64,000 nucleotides of DNA from Alphaproteobacteria bacterium. Lineage in GTDB: Bacteria; Pseudomonadota; Alphaproteobacteria; CACZRW01. The number at the start of each line of letters is the position of its first letter. Position 1 is the first letter of the stretch. The notes under the pieces are model-generated. The model saw only the letters and a program-made list of their open reading frames with translations. It made no database searches and was not told the origin of the DNA. Of this stretch, positions 41,486-50,384 are shown in pieces. Position numbers and translations under genes: made by a program. Location: contig JAFWAG010000021.1 of assembly GCA_017507765.1 (NCBI GenBank), forward strand, positions 5,903 through 69,902. The letters are read 5' to 3'.

Positions 41486-44092
41486 ATGGAAAATGTAGTC
41501 GTTGTCGAATCTCCGGCAAAAGCAAAAACCATAAATAAGTATCTGGGCGACAAGTATAAAGTTCTTGCCAGTTTCGGACATATCCGAGACCTTCCGGCAA
41601 AAGACGGTTCTGTCAAACCGGAAGAAGACTTCCAAATGTACTGGGAAGTTGATGACAAAGGCGAAAAACGCATCAAAGAAATAACCTCAGCCCTAAAGGG
41701 TGCGCAAAACTTATTCCTCGCCACCGACCCTGATCGTGAAGGAGAAGCCATTGCCTGGCACGTTGTGCAGGAATTACAAAAAAGGGGAAAATTAAAAGGT
41801 CTTGCGGTCAAACGAGTAGCCTTTAACGAAATCACCAAAAGCGCAGTTACCGAAGCCATAAACAACCCTCGGGAAATTGATTTGGAATTAGTCAATGCCT
41901 ATCTGGCAAGGCGCGCCCTTGACTATTTGGTTGGCTTTACGCTTTCTCCGGTTTTGTGGCACAAGCTTCCGGGAAGCCGTTCGGCGGGCAGAGTTCAATC
42001 CGTAGCCCTTCGCCTTGTCTGTGAACGGGAAAATGAAATTGAAAAGTTCAATCCCGAAGAATATTGGACGGTGAAAGGGCTTTTTCAAACTCCGGAAAAA
42101 GCAGAGTTTAACGCTCTTTTGACCGCTTTGGACGGTAAAAAACTGGCAAAGTTCACCTTGAACAATCAGGAAAGCGCCACCGAAGCCGTAAACAAAATCA
42201 AGCAACAAACGTTTACGGTCGGTGATATCGAAAGAAAGACCATAAAGCGTAGCCCTGCTCCTCCGTTCACCACCTCCACAATGCAGCAGGAAGCCGCCCG
42301 CAAGCTATTTATGCCGACCAAAAAAACCATGCAAACCGCTCAACAGCTTTATGAAGGTGTGGACATTGGCGGAGATACCGTTGGTTTAATTACATATATG
42401 CGTACGGATGGTATTCAGATTGCCAAAGAAGCGCAAACCGCCTGCCGTTCTTTTATCAAAGGAAGCTTTGGGGATAAATATCTTCCGGAAACGCCTCGTT
42501 TTTATAAAAACAACGTAAAGAATGCCCAAGAAGCTCACGAAGCTATCCGCCCAACCGACATTTCCCGCACTCCGGAACAGCTTGCCGGCTACTTAAACAA
42601 AGACCAGCTTCGTTTGTATGAACTGATATGGAAACGCACGATTGCCTCTCAAATGGAAAATGCTTCCATTGATAAAATGGGCGTTAATATTGTTTCCGCC
42701 GATAAAAACATTACGTTCCGAGCCACCGGTCAAAGCATAGCGTTTGACGGCTTTTTGAAGGTTTACTTTGAAGATATTGACGATAAAGACGATGAAGAAA
42801 GTTCTTCAATCCTACCGCCGATGAAAGAAAAAGACGCTTTGGACACCAAAGAAGTTCTTCCCGAGCAGCATTTTACCCAGCCTCCTCCCCGCTATTCCGA
42901 AGCCAGTCTGGTTAAAAAACTTGAAGAGCTTGGCATTGGCCGTCCTTCCACTTACGCTTCGATAATTTCCGTATTGCAAGACAGAAATTACGTCCGTTTG
43001 GAAAGCCGCCGCTTTATTCCCGAAGATAGGGGTAGAATAGTTACTATTTTCTTGGAAAACTTTTTTGCCCGTTATGTTCAGTATGACTTTACGGCCAACA
43101 TGGAAAACAGCCTTGACGACATTTCGGCAGGAAAAGTTGCTTGGAAAGAGTTGTTATCCGGCTTCTGGGAAGATTTCAGCCATAACATCAAAGATGTAGA
43201 CCCTCTGACCATTACAGAAGTTTTGAACCGCTTGGAAGAAGCTTTGTCCGACCATATCTTCCCCACTCCGGAAACAAAGATATGTCCGGTATGTAAAAAC
43301 GGCTCTTTAAGCCTTAAAGTCGGTAAGTTCGGAGCTTTTGTCGGTTGTTCAAACTATCCGGAATGTCATTACACCCGCCCGCTTGACACCGCAGAAGCAT
43401 CAAAAGAAAACCAAGACGGCGAAGAAAACGGCTCTGCGGCAAAAGTCCTTGGTAAGAATCCGGACAACAATCAAGAAATAACTTTGCGCAAAGGACCTTA
43501 CGGTTACTATGTTCAGGAAGGTGAAGTTGTATCCAAACCGAAAGGCAGAGGTAAAACCAAAGCAAAAACCGATACCGAAGCAAAGGAAACGGAAACTTCC
43601 GGCAAAAGAGTATCCCTTCCTCGTAATATTGCACCGGAAAATCTGGATTTGGCAAAAGCCCTTGCCTTATTAAGCCTTCCTCGCACTCTTGGCAATCACC
43701 CTGATACGGGAACCGCCATACAAGCCGGCATCGGCCGTTTTGGGCCTTATGTTAAAAACGGCAACAGCTTTAAATCTCTAACTCCGGCTGATGACATTCT
43801 GAGCATAGACCTATCCAGAGCCATAGAGCTTTTATCCAAAGCTTCTCGTGTAAGCGCAACGGAAATCGGCACTCACCCGAAAGACGGCAAACCCATATCG
43901 GTAGGTAGCGGCCGTTTTGGCCCCTATGTCAAGCATGGAACGACCTATGCCTCTTTACCTAAGGATATGCGGGAAGAAGGAAGAACGCCGACTTTGGAAG
44001 AAGCCATAAAGTTACTTGCCGATAAAGAAGCCAAAGCCCCCAAAGCCAAGCCGAAAAAGAAAGCAACCAAAACTAAAAAGGAAAGCAAGTGA
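41486..44092 (+). CDS. topA: DNA topoisomerase I
   Basis: MENVVVVESPAKAKTINKYLG (TOPRIM), DPDREGEAI, the catalytic-Tyr region GLITYMRTDG, one CxxC...CxxC zinc ribbon and a lysine-rich C-terminus. The ORF track starts 4 codons earlier. Confidence 0.95.
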   Translation: MENVVVVESPAKAKTINKYLGDKYKVLASFGHIRDLPAKDGSVKPEEDFQMYWEVDDKGEKRIKEITSALKGAQNLFLATDPDREGEAIAWHVVQELQKRGKLKGLAVKRVAFNEITKSAVTEAINNPREIDLELVNAYLARRALDYLVGFTLSPVLWHKLPGSRSAGRVQSVALRLVCERENEIEKFNPEEYWTVKGLFQTPEKAEFNALLTALDGKKLAKFTLNNQESATEAVNKIKQQTFTVGDIERKTIKRSPAPPFTTSTMQQEAARKLFMPTKKTMQTAQQLYEGVDIGGDTVGLITYMRTDGIQIAKEAQTACRSFIKGSFGDKYLPETPRFYKNNVKNAQEAHEAIRPTDISRTPEQLAGYLNKDQLRLYELIWKRTIASQMENASIDKMGVNIVSADKNITFRATGQSIAFDGFLKVYFEDIDDKDDEESSSILPPMKEKDALDTKEVLPEQHFTQPPPRYSEASLVKKLEELGIGRPSTYASIISVLQDRNYVRLESRRFIPEDRGRIVTIFLENFFARYVQYDFTANMENSLDDISAGKVAWKELLSGFWEDFSHNIKDVDPLTITEVLNRLEEALSDHIFPTPETKICPVCKNGSLSLKVGKFGAFVGCSNYPECHYTRPLDTAEASKENQDGEENGSAAKVLGKNPDNNQEITLRKGPYGYYVQEGEVVSKPKGRGKTKAKTDTEAKETETSGKRVSLPRNIAPENLDLAKALALLSLPRTLGNHPDTGTAIQAGIGRFGPYVKNGNSFKSLTPADDILSIDLSRAIELLSKASRVSATEIGTHPKDGKPISVGSGRFGPYVKHGTTYASLPKDMREEGRTPTLEEAIKLLADKEAKAPKAKPKKKATKTKKESK

Positions 44093-46329
44093 GCAAAAAA
44101 CGTTCCCCCTTACCCAACATGGAAGACTTAGTCAGCTATCTTCAAGATAACTCCGGTCGTGTCGGCAAGCGGGAAATTGCCAGAGCTTTTAATATCCGTG
44201 GTGATGACCGGATTGCGTTAAAAGAAATGCTACGGGAAATGGAAAACTCCGGTGTTATCAGCAAAGGCAACCGCCGCAGTATCAGTATGGCAGGCGTTTT
44301 ACCGCAAACTTGTCCGGTCGAAGTAACCGGCGAAGATTCCGACGGCTATCTTATCGCCCGTCCTTTAAACTGGCATGAAGACACCCCTTCGCCGCAAATT
44401 ATCCTTATCGACATGGGAAATATAATTCCGGCGGCAAAACTTGGGGATTTTTTACTGGTACGGGTAAAACAAGCCGGAAAAAATCTTTACGAAGGAACGG
44501 TTGTCCGGCGTTTAACCAACGCCCCTGACCGCATAGTCGGTGTTTTTTCCTCTCGAGGCAAGGGACAGCCGGGAATGGTCTGTTCGGTTGACCGCCGTTT
44601 AAAACATAACTTTTTTGTAGAACGTGACGACACTCTTAACGCCGAAGATTCTTCAATAGTTATTGCGGAACTTTTTGGAGAGGCAAACCGCCGCCAAGCA
44701 AAAGTAATTAAAATCATCGGCAAAGAAACGGACAGTAATGTTGCCAGTCTGATTGCCGTATATCTGCACAATTTGCCGCTTTATTTCCCTTCTGCTGCCA
44801 TAAAAGAAGCAGAGAAAGCAATCCTTCCGCCCATGGATAACCGTGAAGACTTACGCAGCCTTCCCTTGGTAACCATTGACGGCGAAGATGCCCGAGATTT
44901 TGACGATGCCGTATGGGCAGAGCCATATTCTGACGGCAAGATAAAAAACGGCTGGCATCTTATTGTTGCCATAGCCGATGTTGCTTGGTTTGTCCGTTCG
45001 GGTTCGGCTTTGGACGCTTCCGCAAAAGAACGGGGAAACTCGGTTTACTTCCCTGACCAAGCAATTCATATGTTGCCGCAAGAATTATCCGCCGGCTTAA
45101 GCTCTCTGATGCCTAATGAAGACAGACCTTGCCTTGCCGTTCATATTTGGATTGACGGCGAAGGAAAGCAGATTAAGAAAAAGTTTACCAGAGCCATGAT
45201 ACGTTCTGTCGCTCGCCTTAATTATCACGAAGTGCAAGACATCATTGACGGCCGCATTCATTCCGAACATTTAGAATCTTTAATCAATAATTTATACGAA
45301 GCTTTTAAAGTATTAGATTATGATAGAAAATCCCGTGGAGCCTTAAATATTGATGCGGTTGAACGGGAAATAATTCTAACTTCCTCCGGCAAAGTAAGCA
45401 GTATAATTCCCAGAGAACGTTTGGAAAGCCACCAAATCATTGAAGAGTTTATGATTGCCGCCAACGTTGCCGCCGCTGAAGTTCTGGAAGAATTGGAAAT
45501 GCCGGTTATGTACCGTATCCATGAACCGCCTTCCGGCGAAAAAATTGCCGCCTTAAGCGATTATTTATCTTTGATGAAAGTACCGGTAAAGCTTCCCGCC
45601 AAACCCAAACCGGCTGATTTTAATAAGATTTTAGCAGAGGTAAAAGATACGCCTTTGGAAACCAACATCAACGAAATGGTTTTGCGTAGCCAGTCGCAAG
45701 CAAGATACAGTCCGGAAAATTACGGTCATTTTGGCTTGGCATTGGAAAAGTATGCCCACTTCACCTCCCCTATCCGCCGTTATGCGGACTTAATGGTACA
45801 CCGAGCATTGATAAGCGGCTTAAACCTTGGCGAAGGCGGACTTGATTTAAAAACCGATATCACCAAGACCTTTACCGAAACGGCAGAGCATATTTCTTAT
45901 ACGGAACGCCGTGCGGATACCGCAGAAAGAGACGCCGAAGACCGGTATATAGCTGCATTCCTTGCCCCGAAAGAAGGCGAGCTTTTCTCCGGCATCGTTA
46001 CCGGAGTAACGCCTGCGGGTCTTTTTATTCGCCTTGATGACAATTATGCCGAGGGCTTTTCTCCCATAAGCACCCTGCCTGACGAATACTATGTCTATGA
46101 CGGTATTGCCCAGAAACTTGTCGGCCAAAGCACGGGTATGAGCTTTTCTTTAGGTCAAGAAGTCCAAGTAATCTTAAAAGAAGCCGTACCGCTAACCGGA
46201 GGAATCCTTCTGGAAGTACTTGGTAAAGTTCGCCGGAAACACAGACCGCCTCGCCACCGTGGCAGACTTCACGAATCCCGCAGAAAATCATCTAAACAAG
46301 GACATAGACGTGCGCGCCATCATCATTAG
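44089..46329 (+). CDS. rnr: ribonuclease R
   Basis: 746 aa. RNB domain motifs are present: TIDGEDARDFDDAVW, YFPDQAIHMLP, HFGLALEKYAHFTSPIRRYADL. Has a C-terminal S1 domain (FSGIVTGVTPAGLFIRL) and a basic tail. Confidence 0.93.
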   Translation: MSKKRSPLPNMEDLVSYLQDNSGRVGKREIARAFNIRGDDRIALKEMLREMENSGVISKGNRRSISMAGVLPQTCPVEVTGEDSDGYLIARPLNWHEDTPSPQIILIDMGNIIPAAKLGDFLLVRVKQAGKNLYEGTVVRRLTNAPDRIVGVFSSRGKGQPGMVCSVDRRLKHNFFVERDDTLNAEDSSIVIAELFGEANRRQAKVIKIIGKETDSNVASLIAVYLHNLPLYFPSAAIKEAEKAILPPMDNREDLRSLPLVTIDGEDARDFDDAVWAEPYSDGKIKNGWHLIVAIADVAWFVRSGSALDASAKERGNSVYFPDQAIHMLPQELSAGLSSLMPNEDRPCLAVHIWIDGEGKQIKKKFTRAMIRSVARLNYHEVQDIIDGRIHSEHLESLINNLYEAFKVLDYDRKSRGALNIDAVEREIILTSSGKVSSIIPRERLESHQIIEEFMIAANVAAAEVLEELEMPVMYRIHEPPSGEKIAALSDYLSLMKVPVKLPAKPKPADFNKILAEVKDTPLETNINEMVLRSQSQARYSPENYGHFGLALEKYAHFTSPIRRYADLMVHRALISGLNLGEGGLDLKTDITKTFTETAEHISYTERRADTAERDAEDRYIAAFLAPKEGELFSGIVTGVTPAGLFIRLDDNYAEGFSPISTLPDEYYVYDGIAQKLVGQSTGMSFSLGQEVQVILKEAVPLTGGILLEVLGKVRRKHRPPRHRGRLHESRRKSSKQGHRRARHHH

Positions 46330-47686
46330 TTTTATAACTTTTGCTTTCTCTCTTCCTGCGATTGCCGCCACTGGCGGATTAACTCCGGCTTGGTGGACGG
46401 CTCCTTTTGACGGCTCACCGGAAGCAAAAACGACTATAAGCATGGCGGAAGTTTTTACCCCTGGTTATCAAGCCATTCAAAACAAATATATTACATCTAT
46501 CGACTTGCAGCCTTTGGTGGCAGACAGTTTAAAGCAGCTTTCAGCCATAGATAATCTTTTCCAAATCCGCACCGACGAAGAAAAAATCACGATTTTTTAT
46601 AGTGGACAAAAGCATAAAAGCTTACGGATAAAGCCCTCGGACAGCGGAGAAAACTGGGCAAAAGCAACCGCCGCCGCGATTTCCGAAGCTCGCAAGCTTT
46701 CTCCCAAAATTGCCTCCGTTAATATCGAAATCCTTTACGCACTTGTATATAACAGCATTTTGTCCCATTTGGATAAAACCTCTCACTATCTTCCTCCGCA
46801 TCATGCTCAAAAGGCGAAGATAGAGCATCATGGTTTTGGTAAAGTGGGAATAAGCGTCCGACCGACATTAGACGGCTTAGAAGTAACCGACGTTGATATT
46901 GATTATCCTTGCCCTCTTCTTATCGGTGATATCATTACCTATATTGACGGGAAACCTGTAAACACCATGGAAGCAAAAGACATTCAAAAAGCGTTTTCCG
47001 GAAAACCGGACAGCACAATTTCTGTAAATATCCGTTATAAAGAAGCCCCCATAATCTTAAAGCGCAAGTTTACACCTCCGCCAATTCCGGGAATGCTTAA
47101 AATGCTTTCCTCTGATGTTGCTTTAATAACAATTCCGGCGTTTACTTCCCAAACGGCATATAAAGTAGAAGCCGCTGTTACCGAGCTTCCCGCAAACACC
47201 AAAGGCCTTATTTTTGATTTACGAGGCAATCAAGGCGGCCTTCTTTCCGAAGCGGTAAAACTTGCCGACCTTTTTATAAAAAGCGGCATGATTACGGAAG
47301 TAAAAGGCAGAGCCATGGAAGCCACCGCTTATTACCAAGCAACCCCGAAAGAAATCTGGGAAAACAAGCCTATTGTTATCTTAATTGACGGCAAAACCGT
47401 CTCTGCGGCGGAAGTTTTTGCCGCAGCCATGCAGCAAAATCATCGGGCAACGGTCATTGGCGCCACTTCTTACGGTAAAGGTACCGTCCAAACTGCCGTT
47501 CCTTTGCCGAACAAGGGAGAACTTATGCTGACTTGGGCGGAAATATATACCTCCAAAGGAAATAGTTTAGATAAAAACGGAGTATCTCCGGACATATGTC
47601 TTTCTGCGAAAAATCCTTGTCCCAAAGCCATCATTGAAAGCGAAGAAGAACTTTTCTCCACCGCAATTTCTGCTCTTGGTTTATAG
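46310..47686 (+). CDS. S41-family C-terminal processing peptidase (PDZ-containing)
   Basis: The ORF is open from 46220, overlapping rnr. GTG 46310 gives a clean signal peptide (MRAIIISFITFAFSLPAIAA). Has a PDZ-like segment (GDIITYIDGKPV), S41 motifs (LIFDLRGNQGGLL, the Ser region DGKTVSAAEVFA, the Lys region YGKGTVQ). Confidence 0.8.
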   Translation: MRAIIISFITFAFSLPAIAATGGLTPAWWTAPFDGSPEAKTTISMAEVFTPGYQAIQNKYITSIDLQPLVADSLKQLSAIDNLFQIRTDEEKITIFYSGQKHKSLRIKPSDSGENWAKATAAAISEARKLSPKIASVNIEILYALVYNSILSHLDKTSHYLPPHHAQKAKIEHHGFGKVGISVRPTLDGLEVTDVDIDYPCPLLIGDIITYIDGKPVNTMEAKDIQKAFSGKPDSTISVNIRYKEAPIILKRKFTPPPIPGMLKMLSSDVALITIPAFTSQTAYKVEAAVTELPANTKGLIFDLRGNQGGLLSEAVKLADLFIKSGMITEVKGRAMEATAYYQATPKEIWENKPIVILIDGKTVSAAEVFAAAMQQNHRATVIGATSYGKGTVQTAVPLPNKGELMLTWAEIYTSKGNSLDKNGVSPDICLSAKNPCPKAIIESEEELFSTAISALGL

Positions 47687-47753
47687 TTTGGCATCAATAT
47701 TGCATATGTATAAGTAGTTATTATTACCACTTTAGCTAAAAGCGGAGTAAAAA

Positions 47754-48986
47754 ATGAGCTTATACGGAATATTGTCATGCAGTGCGACGGCCATGCTGGT
47801 TCAAAGCCATGCCTTAGAACGTATCGGAAGCAACGTTTCCAACATACAAACTGTGGGCTATAAAGCCAACGACACCTTATTTAAAACCCAGTTATATCAC
47901 TATATTTCCGAAGACAAGGAATATTACACTGCCGGAGCAATTGACCGACGTTATGTAAGCTTGCAGGGAAGCCTGACCAGTACCTCTTCCTCAAGCGATT
48001 TAGCTATTAACGGCGACGGTTTCTTTTTGGTCAGAGAGCGTTTTGGTACTCCGGATACGACGATGCTTACCAGAGCCGGTAATTTTGGTACCAGCAACAT
48101 AGACCCTAACGGCAAGACTGTAGACCCGAACAAAGCTTTTCTGGTTACGGCGGCAGGAGATTATGTTCTTGGTTGGCAATACGATATGACAACTAACTCT
48201 TATGCCGAAACCATCTCCCCGCTTGATGTAACTCCGGTTCAGCAAGTTGACGGAACGATGAGTACGACGGTTGGCGTTGATGCCAACATTCCCGCCTCAG
48301 GTTCAAGCGCAACCAACATTGGCTTAAACGTTTATGATGCGGGATACAATTCCCACACGGTTACCATGAATCTAGTCAAAGCTTCTGACGCCAACGAATG
48401 GACGCTTAGTTTTTCGCTTGAAGACGGCGTAACCACTACCGCTCCGGTAAATATCTTCTTTAACGGCGATGGAGATATTCTTCCGGAATACGCCACTCAA
48501 AGCCTTGATATCACTTGGGCAGACGGAACCTCTCAGACGTTAACTATTGATTTAAGCGAGCTTACTCAGCTTGGCGACGAGCAAGCGATAAAAGAGATTT
48601 CAACCGACGGCAAACCGATAGGAACTTTACGAACTACGTCTTGGAGTGAAGATGGCGTTTTAAATGCGATTTATACAAACAATAAAACCTATCCGGTAGC
48701 CAAACTTGCCATAGGTACGGTAACGGTTCCGGACTCTTTGCAGGCAATATCAAACAACCTGTTTGGCTTAACTCAAAACTCTGGCCCTTTAAAGATTTTG
48801 GATTTAACCGAACCGGAAGTTGGAATGTACACCTCAATCCTTTCAAACACTTTGGAAGCTTCCAACGTAGTTCTGGAGCAAGAGTTTACCAAGATGATAA
48901 CCACGCAAAGAGCGTATTCAAGCGCATCAACGGTTTTCACTACCGGCAATGAGATGTTCCAAACCGCTACGAATATTTTATCCTAA
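47754..48986 (+). CDS. flgE: flagellar hook protein FlgE (rod/hook family)
   Basis: 410 aa with the N-terminal flagellar basal-body rod motif (LERIGSNVSNIQTVGYK), LAINGDGFFLV and the C-terminal rod motif (LEQEFTKMITTQRAYSSASTVFTTGNEMFQT). Size fits a hook protein. Confidence 0.78.
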   Translation: MSLYGILSCSATAMLVQSHALERIGSNVSNIQTVGYKANDTLFKTQLYHYISEDKEYYTAGAIDRRYVSLQGSLTSTSSSSDLAINGDGFFLVRERFGTPDTTMLTRAGNFGTSNIDPNGKTVDPNKAFLVTAAGDYVLGWQYDMTTNSYAETISPLDVTPVQQVDGTMSTTVGVDANIPASGSSATNIGLNVYDAGYNSHTVTMNLVKASDANEWTLSFSLEDGVTTTAPVNIFFNGDGDILPEYATQSLDITWADGTSQTLTIDLSELTQLGDEQAIKEISTDGKPIGTLRTTSWSEDGVLNAIYTNNKTYPVAKLAIGTVTVPDSLQAISNNLFGLTQNSGPLKILDLTEPEVGMYTSILSNTLEASNVVLEQEFTKMITTQRAYSSASTVFTTGNEMFQTATNILS

Positions 48987-49036
48987 ATAACCACTTCCGG
49001 CTAAGCATAGCGATTAAAAGCAAAGGTCTTTTGCTT

Positions 49037-50233
49037 TTAATCCAGCTGGAAGAAAATCATCTTTAAATATCCGGTTTCCGGTAACAAAGGATGTACAGGA
49101 TGATCCGGAGCTGCTCCGGCTATCTTAACGATTCTACCGTTACGTCCGCTTTCGCTTATTCCGCGGGAACATTCGGTAAGAAAAGCTTCCGGCGACACAT
49201 GATGCGAACAGGAAGCAAGACCTAAGAAACCGCCCTTTTCCACTAACTTAGAAGAAAGCTTGGCAAGTTTACGATAACCTTTCAGACCTTGATTCAAATC
49301 CTTTTTAACTTTGGCAAAAGCCGGAGGATCACAAATAACCACATCGAACTTATCTTTATCGGCAATCATGTCTTCCAGTAAAGTAAAGGTTTCTCCTTTT
49401 ACAAAGCGGCTTTTATCCGCAACTTTATTAAGTGCTGCAGACTGCTCTGCCAAAGCCAAAGAATCAGCCGAACGGTCACAGGCAAGAACTTCTTTTGCTC
49501 CGGCAATTGCTGCGTGCAGAGCAAACCCACCGGCATAAGTATAAAAGTCCGCAAACCTAAGGCCATGAGCAAGCCTTCCGGCAAATGCTCGATTATCTCT
49601 CTGGTCATAGAACCAACCGGTTTTCTGACCTTCCCTAATATCTATCAAAAACTTTATACCATTTTCTTTGACTTCCAAAGGCGAAGGTATTTCCCCAAAC
49701 TCAATTTCATTTAACGGCTCAAGACCTTCCAATGCTCTTGCCGAACTTTCCGACCGGAACAAAATTGTTTTAGGGTCTAATACTTCTTTCAAAGCCGCCA
49801 CTATATCTTTTCTCAGCAAATCTGCTCCCGCCGTATTAAGCTGACAAGAAACAACATCTCCGAAGCGGTCGATAACCACACCGGGCAAGTTATCCCCTTC
49901 CGAATGAACCAAGCGGTAATAAGTACTGCCGATAAGCTTATGGCGCAAATCCAAACATTTACGCAGACGTTTTGCGATAAAGGCGGAGTTTATAGGAATA
50001 TCTGCTTCCGTAGAAAACTTCCGAAAACAAATCAAAGAATGCGGGTTAAATGAACCTACCCCAAGAAAAGCGCCATTATCATCAATAAGCCTAACCATAC
50101 TACCCGAAGGAATAGCCTTTGCTTCCGGCGTCATTTCTATTTCATTGGCAAACACCCATGGATATCCGAAACGAACTCTTTTGGAGGCTCCTGCACGCAT
50201 TTTTACGGATAACGGATAAAGAAGGTTTGCCAT
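49037..50233 (-). CDS. rlmI: 23S rRNA (cytosine-C5) methyltransferase RlmI-like (PUA + class I SAM MTase)
   Basis: 398 aa with a PUA-like N-terminus (GYPWVFANEI), YRLVHSEGDNLPGVVIDRFGD, a SAM-binding region (FADFYTYAGGFALHAA) and VICDPPAF. Confidence 0.82.
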   Translation of the reverse strand: MANLLYPLSVKMRAGASKRVRFGYPWVFANEIEMTPEAKAIPSGSMVRLIDDNGAFLGVGSFNPHSLICFRKFSTEADIPINSAFIAKRLRKCLDLRHKLIGSTYYRLVHSEGDNLPGVVIDRFGDVVSCQLNTAGADLLRKDIVAALKEVLDPKTILFRSESSARALEGLEPLNEIEFGEIPSPLEVKENGIKFLIDIREGQKTGWFYDQRDNRAFAGRLAHGLRFADFYTYAGGFALHAAIAGAKEVLACDRSADSLALAEQSAALNKVADKSRFVKGETFTLLEDMIADKDKFDVVICDPPAFAKVKKDLNQGLKGYRKLAKLSSKLVEKGGFLGLASCSHHVSPEAFLTECSRGISESGRNGRIVKIAGAAPDHPVHPLLPETGYLKMIFFQLD

Positions 50234-50384
50234 ATCAATTTCCTTTAGGCTAAAAAACTATTTAAAACAGCCAAAAGAATGCAAAATAATCGCCTTAAAA
50301 ACAAGAATAAAGTTACTACCCGTAAAAATAGGTTTGTTTTCCGGCGGTATTATTTTACACTTAACAAAAAATCAGGAGTAAGCC

